From Camelus ferus (Eukaryota), in contig NC_045696.1 of NCBI RefSeq assembly GCF_009834535.1, positions 52,330,001 through 52,394,000 on the forward strand: a DNA stretch of 64,000 bases, written 5' to 3'. Both the position numbers and the translations under genes were made by a program. The number at the start of each line of letters is the position of its first letter. The stretch's first letter is position 1. This document shows, one piece after another, positions 25,046-37,131 of this stretch. A model generated the notes under the pieces. That model was not told the origin of the DNA and ran no database searches. It saw nothing but the letters and a program-made list of their open reading frames with translations.

Positions 25046-26264
25046 TGACAGCATAGCATGCCTGAGCACAGAGTTTACATGGGTTGGGACACATTACTGA
25101 AGATCTGAGGAAAAATGAGATAATGAGGATACTTATTACATAATTCTGTGTTCTGGGGAAGGAGGGAGAACGCTGATGGAAGTAAAAGTTTCACATGGCT
25201 CTGTGAGGACTTTCAAAAGTTCAAGATTTTACCTGTTGGTTTACTATAAGTGGGACAGTCATAAAAAAGATAGGATGCCCACTCTCAAATATATAGAATA
25301 ATAATGCTGATTTATGGAAGGGCTAAGAAACCCCTATTTGGTTGGAATGGGATCATTCTTTTTTTTCTCTAAGGGTTGAAATTCCTGTTATTCTGAGAAG
25401 GATGACTACCTAATATCCAGCTTAAGATTAATCACAAGATTTGAAGCTACTAAATTTTACCCCTTGGAGGTAACAGAATTAGGATCCTGTTCCAGTAAAC
25501 CTAGCCACACTAATTTATTACCAACATTTCAAAAATGAAATGATAGAAAAAGAGGGCAAGAATAGACATTTGTCTTAGAAAGAAAGTTTGCTAATTGAAT
25601 TACTTCATAGACAATTCCAGGGTGTTTATGAGACCTGTGTAGATTAGGACATCAGCAAAGGGTAAACCTAATAACTAAAATGGAAATAATTAGTTGACAA
25701 GATAATGTAGCTTTTCAATGTAGCATCTTGGTCAAAGTGGATTGCTTGGTCAAAGGGCATGTAGTGTTCCAAGTCTGATAGAACTATTAAAATGTTCTCT
25801 CATAGAGAAAGATAATTTTTTAATATTGAATGTTAAGAAATCACTGGCATCAGGGAGTATCTATTAGTGGTAATCAAAGAATTAAGAGCAGTTTGCAAAA
25901 CTATGTCTACTCTTTGGAATAATGACAAGTGGGAGATAAAGAAAAGGAATCAAATATCAGTGTATAGGAGAATTTTTTTCCAAAGTAGTGCCTAAGTATT
26001 TGAGCAGGTGACAATGACCATATCTTTGTTATGAGCCAGAAAAGGTGGAAACATGCAATCTGGTTACTAACACGAAGAATATTTAACCCTGGGATATCAC
26101 AGTTATGTAAGTTATATACATTTTATGGAATTTAGGTTAAAAGGTATTCTGTACTGTGACTATGGTTTGCTCCTTCATCATCAGAAAGTGGAGTGAGCAC
26201 AAAAAGAACAGTACTTCATCAAGCTACATGGCCTTAGTTGTTCAAAAAATGTTTTAAGAAATTG

Positions 26265-26850
26265 GTTTATTCATTCATTCATTCAATCAACAAGTATGGA
26301 TAGGGCACTTACCTACTCACTACTAGAAACTGTATAAGGCAATATATACAAAAGAAAACAAAACAGTCATGGTTCTCAACACCTTACTGATTATAATCTA
26401 GTGGGCATTTAACACACAATAAAAGATTAATTATTGTAATAATTAAAATTGTGAATACGGCAAAGAGGTCAAGACAATAGGGTTATTAGAAAAGCAATAT
26501 GATGCTCATGACTTTGATTTTGTGGGGAGAGGGGGCCAAGGAAAACCTCTTTGGGGAAGGGACATTTAAGTTAGGAAGTTGGGCATTTTGGTTAAGAAAT
26601 TAACCAAAGAGTGAAGGGAGGGGAAACTCAGACAGAAAGATCAGCATAGATGAAAGCTCTAAGGCAAGGGAAAGAGCTTAGTGTATTCTGGGAGCTGAAA
26701 GGTCAGTGTAGTTAAGACAGAGATTGACGATGATAATGGTTTCAAACAAATGGGCAGAGACCTGATCCTTGCAGAATCTGTAGCTATGGAAAGAAATTTA
26801 TATTTTAAGCACAAGTGGAAGCTAAGAAAGACTAATTTGAGGATAGGGAA
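26265..26850 (-). mobile_element. L2 LINE 3' fragment
   Basis: Starts with (ttca)n 'tattcattcattcattcaatcaacaagta'; 'gcaagggaaagagcttagtgtattctgggagctgaaa'. Confidence 0.8.
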
Positions 26851-27065
26851 ACATAAAAACATTATCCCTCTACTATAGGTGGTAGGAAAAAAAAAAAGGC
26901 AGATTAATTTAGAATGAAATGTGTTTCTTGAATTGTAAACTAAAGATCTAAGTAGTCCAATACTCTATATATTATGTCCTGTGTTTTCTTAGTTTCCTTC
27001 GAGTTAACCAATTATTTTTGGCAATAGATCTACATAGTAGATATTTCCAAGTGTATATATGGCAT

Positions 27066-27467
27066 TGTGTTATTCTGAGTCTTCTAAGACACAGAGTACA
27101 AGAAGGGATTAATTAAATGTACTTAACTAGGGAAAATAAAGTGGTGAGGGAGCCATCATGCTAGATAAAAGTCTGAGTGAAGGAGAAAGAGATGAAAGTT
27201 TGGATGGAAGCATCCTAGATTGTAAAACAGCCTAAGCAAGGCACACTAGGGGGTTCTAGAGCCAAAGTTGGCCTCCAGAGACATCTGTCATCTCCTAGGA
27301 ATGGGCCTGCTAGTATCCCTAACAGCTTAGTCTGGCTGGAAGTAGCCCTTGGGAAGCATGGCCTCAGGGCAACCACAGAGGTGGATTTCAGAGCACAGCG
27401 GCTGGACCCTTGGTTAGTTATATGCCCTACAGTTGGAGGCCTGTGGGGCACATCTGAAAGCCACCAC
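27066..27467 (-). mobile_element. LTR16-type ERVL solo LTR
   Basis: 'agagccaaagttggcc', 'ggaatgggcctgctagtatccc', 'gggaagcatggcctcag', 'gaggtggatttcagagcacagc'. Confidence 0.8.
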
Positions 27468-27559
27468 TGGCAGAAAATTGTTTAGAAAAACTACCATTAT
27501 TTGCTTTTCAGGCTTTTACAATTTGAAAAGATGCTCCACAATTTAAAGAGGATTTATTA

Positions 27560-28700
27560 CTTTTTAATAGTAATATGCAAAGTGGGCTAGATCTTTGAGA
27601 GAGTAATCTAGTGATAAATGATGCAAAGTCCTCCTGTCGGGCTAAATTCAGTTTTAAAAATGAAGAAGAGAAGGAAAAAAAAGAATGTAAAGTAAGAGTT
27701 CCAAACACCTCCTAAATAAATATCAATAATTAGACACATAAATTTTTGAAGAAGAAATAGTGATATTATCAAAAGAAGTAACTAAAGTTTAGAGTTTTCT
27801 TGGTCATCAAATAACAGAACAATTAATACTGTGTAATACAAAATGCATAATACAAAAATACTGTGCTGAGCATGTAGAGAAAGTAGAAATGCTAAGAAAA
27901 TCAATACATGGGCTAAAATAGATGATGATTATTATAATAAACAAAAATCATGTTTTGGTTTATGAACACATAGTAATGCAAGACAAAACAGAACTAGAAA
28001 GAAAGAAAGAAGCCAGAAACTTTGACCTGAAGATAACTGGAAATATTAGAGGAAGAAAAAAAATTCTAACAATATAAAAACTATATTAAGAAATCACTAA
28101 AGGACATTGTTATTGAAATAAAACATATCTTAGTTTAGAATTTGAGTTTTAATTAGAATATATCCTCAAAGAAAAACTTTATACAGATTAACTTCTTAAT
28201 ATTTTAAATATTTAAAATAAATCTTTCAGTTGCTAAGTAGAGGTAACTTTACTTTTAGATGCAAAGATCAGAAAGATTTTGAATTTCATTCTCAGAATAA
28301 AGAATAAAGAGCGGGTAATACATGCAGTTACCTTTTTCTTAGATAATTTAAATTGACTTTTTTCCCCCTAAAAATACAAAAAAATTTTTCTCCAGAAAGG
28401 TATGAAATCTTTTTTCAACAAAATCCCATAGCCAGAAAGATCAGAATGAGGAAAAACAGAAACCTGATAACAAATCAAAGTTACTCATAAAGTGGTTAGA
28501 ATATTAACATTAATTTTTCAATTAGATGCTTTATGATGAGAACTTGAAGAAATAGTTTCCAAAAAAGTTTCCAATTTCCAGAATATAACAACAAAGAATG
28601 TGAAAAGAATTGTTAAGCTGTCTTTTAAGAAAGTAACTAAAAAGTTACTAAGTTCATAATAAGTTTGAATATATAAATTATTTAAATAGTTATTATACCA
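27560..28700 (+). mobile_element. Very old A-rich L1 ORF1/HAL1-like fragment
   Basis: Strong A-skew and scattered L1 ORF1-like stretches; no intact frame. Confidence 0.35.
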
Positions 28701-28741
28701 ACAGTATTAACCCTTGATAGAAGTTGAGGACAAATTAAATT

Positions 28742-28950
28742 AACTATTTTTAAATTTATTAAATGCTTATATAGCACTTATTATGTGCCAAATCTTATTC
28801 TAAGTTCTTTACGTATGTTAACAGATTTAATCCCCATAACACCCCCATGAGGTAGGTTCTAACATTATTCCAGGTATACAGGTGAGGAAAAGTTAGGTAT
28901 TTTTAAGCCAGGCCACATAGTTAATAAGTGGCAAAGCTAGAATCTGAAAC
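28742..28950 (-). mobile_element. MIR SINE
   Basis: 'atagcacttattatgtgcca', 'ttaatccccataacacccccatgaggtagg', 'acaggtgaggaaa'. Confidence 0.85.
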
Positions 28951-29099
28951 AGTCTATTTTGTTCTTCTCTGCTAGATTCCCTTCCCAGTTTGGTGAAAGT
29001 GCTTCCTTAGGGTTAAGCTAAGGAAGTCTCAGTATGTAATATCATTTAAAAATTTTTTTTAACTTTATTTAAAAAAAAAAATAATGGCCAGCTTTTAAA

Positions 29100-29561
29100 A
29101 GTGCTTACGATGATGTAAGTGATCTTATAGAGAGATTATCCTGATGGATGTCCAGCTGGACCTAATCTAATCATATGAGCCATTAAAAACAGATTATTCT
29201 TTAGCAGTAGAAGGGGCAAGTCAGATATTCCAAACCCAAGAAGGATTAGAAATGCCCTTGTTGATTTGAAGATGAAGAGGATTGTGTATCAAGAAAACAG
29301 GGAACTGAATCCCTGTAGCCACAAGGACCTGAATTCTATAAACAACCAGATTGAGTTTAGAAGTAAAATCTTACCCACAGCCTTTAGATAAGAGTGAAGT
29401 AGACACCCTGATTTCTACCTTGTGAGGCCCCAAACAGAATCCAGGTGAACTACTCTGTGCCCAGACTTCTGACCCACTCATTGTGAGGTAATGTAATGGG
29501 TGGTGTTTTAAGCTGCTGAATTTGTGGCAGTTTGTTGTGACCTTAATAGAAAGCTGATACA
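29100..29561 (+). mobile_element. MaLR LTR (MLT1D-like)
   Basis: 'gagattatcctg', 'cacaaggacctgaattct', 'cccagacttctgaccc', 'ttttaagctgctgaatttgtggcagtttgtt', 'agctgataca'. Confidence 0.85.
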
Positions 29562-30119
29562 CAGAAGATGAACTGAGTCTAGTATCACAAAAGCCAATGT
29601 AGAAAGAAAAGATGTTGTACTTGTTCATTAAGAAGTCACTGATATTTGAAAAAGTAGTTTTTCCTCTTAATGAGTAAGGTTCACTTATGACCAGGGCTAG
29701 TTCTAGTAACCACCATATAGCTTGGTTTTTAAGTACAATATCCAGTAGACAGCCTGATAGGAGTCATTTCTTATAGGTAGCATTTTCTTTTTCTAACTCA
29801 CTTAAATCACTTACATTGGGTACTGGGTCTTTTCCCAATCAAAATGGTCTTAGCTGCAGCAATATCAGTTCTTACATTGGCATTTTGCTGTGCATTTAGG
29901 GTCCTTAGGTAGGAGTGGAGACTGAATCCAGCGATAGAGAGCAGGGAAATATGGTAAGGATAGGAGCAAATCTTTGGGAGTAAAGATGGGTGCAAAACAA
30001 AACAATGCCAGTGAGCAAAAGCCCTGTGAGAGAAGAGTAGAAAAAAGGGCTGCACATCATAGGAGGCAGGGACTTCTCCCACCTTCTGCACAATTGAAGC
30101 TGATAAGTGTGTTCTGAAG

Positions 30120-30990
30120 TGTGATACTGTGATTTGATAATAATAAATTTATATTTGGTCCTTGTCCCTGTTGTTTTTGGCAGGGAGCTCCCCAAGCCCT
30201 TGGAATTTCCTAAGTAAGGAGAATGACAAAAGTATCTCTTGTTATGTTAATGAGGTGACTTTTGGACCACACCTAAGGACCTGAGGAGGAGGCTGGTTGC
30301 CAGGTGAACCAACCATGTGATTGGAAGGTTGGAACCTTCAGTCCACCTCCACCCCCCCACCCCCTGACCTCCTGTGAGGGAAGAGGGACTGGAGATCGAA
30401 TCCATGACCAATAGTCAATGATTTAATCAGTCATTCCTATGTAATGAAGTATTCATGATAGTCCAAAATGACGGGCTTCTGAGAGCTTCTGAGTTGGTTA
30501 ACATGTGGAGGTGTGGGGAGAATGGTGTACCCAGAGAGGGCATGGAAGTTCCACACCCTTTCTGATATATCTTGCCTTACGTATCTCTTCCATTTGGATG
30601 TTCATCTGTATCCTTTATCATCTTTTTACAATAAACTGGTAAATGTAAGTAAAATGTTTTCTGAGTTCTGTGAGCCACTGTAGCAAGTAAATTGAACCTC
30701 AGGAGAGAGGGTCATGGGAACCTCTGATCTAGAGCCAGTGGATCAGAAGCACAGATAAACAAGTAGCAGCCAGAGCTTGTGACTGCTGTCTGAAGTGTAT
30801 GTCTGTGTGTGTGTGTTGGGGTCGGGGGGAGGGTGGGCCAGGCAGTTTGGTGGGACTGGACCCTTAACCTGTGGCCTCTGATGCTATCAGATTTGAGTTG
30901 AATAGTAGGACATCCAGGTGACACCTGAGAATTGCTTGTTAGTGTGTGGAAACCAATGCCCCCGTGTTTGAATTGGGTTCAGGAACCTAA
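30120..30990 (+). mobile_element. MER21-type LTR
   Basis: 'tgtgatactgtgattt', 'cccttggaatttcctaagt', 'ggctggttgccagg..aaccaaccatgtgatt', 'caatgatttaatcagtcat', 'ctgagttctgtgagcc'. Confidence 0.88.
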
Positions 30991-31769
30991 AAGTAGGGGA
31001 ATGAATGTACCTGCAGTGCTACGTTAGTGCAGGCTAATGCCACGGTAGGCAATATTAACAGACGAGGAAGCAGCCATGAGGCAGAGGCTAGGGCGTGGAG
31101 TTGCTTGGCCCATAGCTACTAATGGCGAATTTACTGGTGTTAGTTGTTCAGGAACTATTTCTGATCCCCTCTGGGAGAGAATTGGAAAAGGCTCTAACAT
31201 GGATGATGTTAATGAAGGCCTGAGTCAGAGAGCAATTTTTAGTTGCTGTCATGACCCACATACAGTAATTACAAAAAAAAAAAAAAAAATCTTTTCAAAT
31301 CAATGGACGCTGGGGCAGCATCTGTTGTGTATTTATAAGTTTTTCTAAGTCCCTCCCAAAAATATTCCTTGCTTGATGGTTAATTCAGGCTCTCACTATT
31401 TATCCAAGCAGTTGCTTATTAAGTAGTTTTCACTTTCTTTACAAACTTAGGACAAAGATTTTCTTGATTTTAGGCTGCAAAAATGGCTGCTTCTTTCCAT
31501 CCCGTTTCTTCAGATGCCAAGATAGCCTGTGATGATTCTACTCTTTTATCTTAAACTTCTAGTTTGTTCTATGTATCATTTTGTCATTATCATCCTCTTG
31601 CTCAAAAATGGATAATTATGTCATTGACACAAATTAAAATGTATGACCCTCTACTAACTTATTTCTGGGATATAAGCATGGGAAGAATATCCTTTCTCTA
31701 TGTGAAGATTTCTTTCTTGAGTGCTTCATCTTGTGTCTTGGTCTCTGGCAGCTTGCTTAAATACATATC

Positions 31770-32215
31770 TCTTGAATCTGCACCTCCCTCTTTATTCCCA
31801 CTGCCATTGATTTATTCAAACTTCCATTATTTTCTCCTGGGACTATTACAATAGTTTGTCTACCTCTAGCTCCACCCACACCTATAACCCAGACTCTATA
31901 CTGTGGCAAGAATGACTTTTTAAACACTCAGATCTAATTATGTCAGTTCGTTCCCTTCAGTGTTTAACTTTGCTTATTAGGTAATGTCTAAATGCCTCAG
32001 AGTGAAGAACCAAGGCTTTAGTGATGTCTACCTATCTGCCCAACCTCATGTACTTGCCTCTTCTAAATAAATTCTGCATTTAATCAATACTGAACTACTT
32101 GCAGTTCTTGGCCTCTGTGCTTTTGTATAAGGTTTATATTTTTATTTCTCTACCTTGTTGCTCAGGTTCCTGTCTCTATGCTGCAAAGCATCATATTCAT
32201 TATCTCTGTCATGGT
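31770..32215 (+). mobile_element. L2 fragment
   Basis: 'tctcctgggactattacaatag', 'gaatgactttt', 'tgaactacttgcagttc'. Confidence 0.65.
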
Positions 32216-32409
32216 GCTTGGTCATGTGAACAGCTACAAACAATACAATGACTCCTCAAATAGATAATGAACTTCTGGAGAGTTGCAATTATATCTAGTT
32301 ATCTTTGTTTATTAAATGAACCATTTGTTTTCTAGCTGGAATTAATAGTGATTTGTTATTTGTCTCCTACTGTTAATGTTTCTTTCCCCTTTTAAAATGT
32401 GCATGTTTA

Positions 32410-32572
32410 ATACTACAAGTATGGCCCATGTACCAACATCCAGGTATGGTCCTCACCCAGGAGCTTCTTAGAAATGCAGAATCTTAGGCGCTACACCTAG
32501 TGAATCAGAATCTTCATTTTAACAAGATCCCCATGTGGTTCATATTTACAATACAGTATAAGAAGCACCAGT
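32410..32572. mobile_element. MER5-family hAT MITE
   Basis: 'gagcttcttagaaatgcagaatctt', 'tgaatcagaatct.cattttaacaagatcccc'. Confidence 0.75.
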
Positions 32573-34409
32573 GTAAGAAATATTTCACTTTATAATAGAG
32601 TTCCTTTTGCATTCAGGACACACAGAAACCCCTTGCCAGTGTCTCATATATGATGTACTTAAATGGAGTATACAGCTTTGGGAGTTGATAAGGTTTTCCC
32701 ACCAGCCAGCAGATCCTTGCCTTACATGTCAAAGTCAATTTCTCTGAAGAAATCTCCATCATTTGTTAAAGAAATTTATACACCTGCATCTAGGTAGTAT
32801 TCAAACGCTGGATTCTCGAAAGTAAGCTTTAAGCAATCACTCTCCCAAATGGGAGTTAGCCTCACTCATCACAGCCCTGACCTTTCCCGTGGACAGTTCT
32901 AGCATTTGCGTTGGCCTCTCAGCCATCCCCAGATGAAAATGTCTGCTTTTATGATATCTATTCTTCTCTACAAGGATGCTTATCTTGGATTGCTTCTTTC
33001 TGTTACTCTGTTGTCTTTGAAAGCTAACTCTAATTTCCCATTTTCTTTTTTATCATATTTCTTCTTTGCAGTTACATTCATCCATCATTTGTCCTTAAGA
33101 TACTCTAATGTCAGTTTTACTCAGCTCTAGTCTCAAGAATGTTAGTGAGATAAATATGAAAGGCTGCATATCAACAATTTCATAGTCCTTTATTTATTCT
33201 TTAGTTCTATTCAGTTGTCCCAGAGTTTTAAACAGTGCATAGCATCTTTGTATATCTTCTGACCCTTTTATATCTTTTTATATATGTACTATCACTAAAC
33301 ATTTATGTTTGGGCATCAGTATATTTTCTGGAGCTGTGCCCATCTGCTTCAAGCAGTGTTCTTCCTTGCTTTTAGGATTTGACTATTCTCTAAAAGTAGG
33401 TTTACACTTAATGTCTAAACTCCCAGTTCCCTAGCTAGCCTTTCTTATGCTTAAAATATTCCACAGATTTTTGTCGAATAGCATCATCTCTAGTTCATTT
33501 TTTATAGCAATTGGTTTGCATTGTTCTACTTTACTTCTGCAAATTTAATGACCAACATGCTTCCTTTTAAAACATCCTCTCCTTGCTGTATCTTTCAACA
33601 CAGGCCAAACCATTTTTGTTTGCTCTCACTACCATCATTTTCCTTAAGTGTGTCAGAGGACACGTCCTGTGAGGAGAGCTAACCAGTCGGTCACAAAGGG
33701 CTTAAAGTCTCCTTGGAGTCCTTTCCTTAAACTTCATGGTCCAAAAACACAATGTGGTTAAGCAAGTAAAAGAAAGGCAGGGGAGAAAACAGGAAATTAT
33801 ACTATTACAGGAAATTGTAGTAATAAAGTGAAAAGCCAAAGAAGCAACTGGTCAGCAAGTCATAAAATTCTAATCACGCAGCAGGGATGCATTGAAGCTC
33901 TGCTCACTGGCTGGCAGAGTTTTGTATTGTTCTTTTAGTCTTTATTCACATCTAAGTGGTTACCATTGAGACTTGAAGCCCATCTGGTCATTTTACAGTT
34001 GAAGTAACTAAAGCAGAGTGACATTTAGTGATGTACTTAATACTTGAGGTTTTACCAAATCACTGGTTAAACCAAGTCTAGGATGTGAATCTTCTGACTT
34101 GTAGAGCAGGACATTTTCTCTAATAATTTAGAACATTTCCTAAATAAATTTATTGAAAGATCAATAAGTTTCCAAGTGCTGTCCTCTTCTTAATTTAATG
34201 TAGTAAATCCTCCCCACAAAGCCATTTTACAGATGTGAAATCTGAGGCTGTGGGAGGCAAACATGAGTTTCTTCATTTTGAAAGTATTCACCTTCAGAAG
34301 ATAGTCTCACATGCATGAAATGACTTTCCCAAGTTATCAATGATATCTTAGAGACCTGAGAGGGGAGGAAGATGAACAAACTCTTTCTCAAGGAAGATAG
34401 GGGCCTTGT

Positions 34410-34425
34410 AGTTGCTATAGCAACT
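34410..34425. promoter_or_regulatory. Perfect palindromic RFX X-box
   Basis: AGTTGCTATAGCAACT is a 16-bp perfect palindrome containing GTTGCTATAGCAAC (consensus GTTRCYATRGYAAC). Confidence 0.65.
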
Positions 34426-34604
34426 GGGAACTGCACAGGTATTACTGCTAGGGAAACTTCATAGATGGAAGTGTCTTCCTGTCTTACCACTAGTTGAAAG
34501 TTTGATTAGCTTTGTTAATCAAAGCAGAGGAATCCCAAATGGGGAATATGTACCCTAGGAAATACACAAATCAGTCTCCTGGAGTTTAAGAAAAAAATTG
34601 TTTA

Positions 34605-34875
34605 AAAATATTTTTAATTAGGTATAATATATACAGATAAGCGCACATATCATAAGTGTATAGCTTAGTGAATTTTCACAAACAAACATCTGTACAGCTA
34701 GCATCAAGATCAAGAAATAAAGCTTTAGTAGCATCTTAGAAGTCACTCCTGATCTTTCCTCTAATCAGGATGCTATACATTAGTTTTGTCTGTTTTTTGA
34801 GTTTTATGTCAATGAAATCATACAGTATGTATTTTTTTGTGTCTAGTTTATTTCATTCAATGTTATGTCTGTGCA
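34605..34875 (-). mobile_element. L1M 3' UTR fragment
   Basis: 'aagtgtatagcttagtgaattttcacaa', 'atcaagatcaagaaata', 'atgaaatcatacagtatgta'. Confidence 0.75.
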
Positions 34876-35531
34876 GAATGTGGCTAAGTTTTTCATCTTG
34901 TTTAATTTTTATATTTTGTGTATTTTTAATGTATATAACATAATAGTTCAATAGTAGATCCATATAATCTATAAATAAGCATAACATTTACTGGGGATGT
35001 GTGCTCAAAAAGTTTAGAGTTCCTGGATTGAAACATGGCATCACTTATGTGAATATCCTGATTTTAACCTTAGTTGGACTCATTAGCTTTGCTCAGAAAG
35101 AACCATTCATAACTCAACTGATTTTGAACTCAGCTAGACATTTACTTTCAATAAACATATTCTTTTGAGCAGCCCCCATGCACAACTCTTTGTAGGTACA
35201 GTGATACTTATATAGGAAAAAAAAGACAAGGCCTCGGCCCTCAAAAAGCCTATCACTAGTGGGAGAAACAGAGCAGTAAACTCAAATGATTAATACAGGC
35301 AGAATTGAGTCTGGAAAGAGGCACAACTATAATGATGTAGGAGGCTGGATGAAGGATGACCAGTCTTCCAGGAAGCTAGAAAAGCCCCATTAAAAGCTTT
35401 ACTAGATAAACTTTGATTCCCTTTCTGCTATTCAGTTTCCAAGATTTAATCAGATTTCTCATTACAGAAGTAGGATCTTTATTCCCAGTCCATCCATTGA
35501 ATTATAAATTTGGTTTAAGGCTGCATGGTAT

Positions 35532-35563
35532 CTGTAGCTCTTAACAGTCAAGAGGGGGCAGCA
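35532..35563 (+). promoter_or_regulatory. Candidate CTCF site with upstream motif
   Basis: Core GTCAAGAGGGGGCAGCA (35547-35563); TGCAG-like CTGTAG (35532-35537) 9 bp upstream. Confidence 0.6.
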
Positions 35564-35749
35564 TTCACCCTTTTTCTGAAAATCAGAGAATCCTTTGGCC
35601 ACATCCCTTTCTTTCTAGGAAAAGAATACTTTTATCAGATAGCATTTTAGAACATACATATATTTTTAAGTGCCCTGTATTAATTGTTTGTTTGTGGAGA
35701 TAGCAACTGATTTGCACCTTCATGTCATTGAGACCAATATATTACACAT

Positions 35750-35875
35750 CCATAAACAAAGTCCGGTTGTCTCAGTGCCCAGAGTTCCCCTGTTTCTGCC
35801 TTTGTCCCATGATTGGGCGTGGCAGTCTTGCTCAGACAGAGATTGCTAAAGGGCGGTGGCTGGAATGAACAAAAG
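35750..35875. promoter_or_regulatory. Promoter/enhancer-like motif cluster
   Basis: FOX ATAAACAA 35752; inverted CCAAT ATTGG 35812; KLF/Sp GGGCGTGGC 35815; GGGCGG 35851; TEAD TGGAATG 35861. Confidence 0.45.
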
Positions 35876-36536
35876 GAATCAGACCTCTACTTTTACCCCA
35901 AGAAGCAGATTGCCAGGGGAAGCCTGGAGAGAAGAGAAATGCTGTGTGCCTCCATTATTGTTTTAATTACCAAATGCTATTTTTTCTTCTGAAATCCTAC
36001 CCATTTAAAATCTCTGTTTATAAGCATAAAGACTATATTAAAGGTAAATGAGTGAGATATGTGCACTATGGGGATATATGACTGCACTTAATCTTAGGGC
36101 CAGTCTTTATTAGCCAAGTAACCTTTACAGTTTAAGTAATGCACAGTTGCCTGCAGTTCTTTCTTGCTGATGCAGTAGCAAAGGGTGTGGTGGTAGAAAC
36201 TGCAGAGGTTTTAATGCTGAAGCTGTCAGACTGTGTATTTTTCCAACCTCTAACCACCAGACCACCAGATGACTGATTATGTATTGTTAGTTGAAACACT
36301 GATTTTAATGACTAACTTATATCATCTCCCATGTTCTACTTGATTAGTTTTGAGAAAATTGATACTGATGGCCAAAATTAACTATTCCTTTCTAGATTTC
36401 CTCATACTGTATGCAGCCCTAAACAGTCTTCTGAAAGACTTTTTTTGTTTTTTAATTTAAAGAGTAGACCTTAACCAAATGTCTCTGAATGATAAAGGAG
36501 AATTGGCTCACCCTATAATTAGCTTTTGAAAACATC

Positions 36537-36561
36537 AAGTCAAAGGTCAGGGCAAAGGTCA
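36537..36561 (+). promoter_or_regulatory. Tandem DR1 / double NBRE nuclear-receptor element
   Basis: AAGTCA-A-AGGTCA overlapping AGGGCA-A-AGGTCA; CAAAGGTCA repeated with a 12-bp period. Confidence 0.6.
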
Positions 36562-37131
36562 TCTGACTTCTTTCTTTTGTAAAGAAAACAAGGGTTTTAG
36601 ACATTATGACTAATTTCAGAATAGTAGCTAAGGATGAGGTCATTGCTTCCTTTCTAAGCAAAGACTGCAAATGGAAGGAATTTGGAAGAGCCACAGAAAT
36701 AATTACGCTGATATTAATATCAAATAACAGCTGATAATTTTTGTAGCAGTTACAAATAACCTATGATCCTTGTAGATTTTGTGAAGCGTTTGGCCCGTCA
36801 GATAAGTGATGCTGGGAGAGCAGCTCTTGAGAAGATCACCAATGACATCATGTCACTGTGCTCTGCCACTTTTGAAAGATGTCATGCCACATTTAGTCAA
36901 AACAAGTAGTGTGATGTATCCAAGAATTTCACAAAGGAAAAAAAAAACTCTCTAATTTCAATTCTATTAGCACTTAATTACCTAAATTAACAAACATTGA
37001 ACAATATATAAAGACTAAAGGCCATGTGAGAAATAAGATAAAAATGTGCATTTCTGCTGAACTTAAACATCATAAAGTTGAGACTTTTAGCATTTAAACT
37101 GAAGTGAATTTAAATACATCTGTATCAAGTG

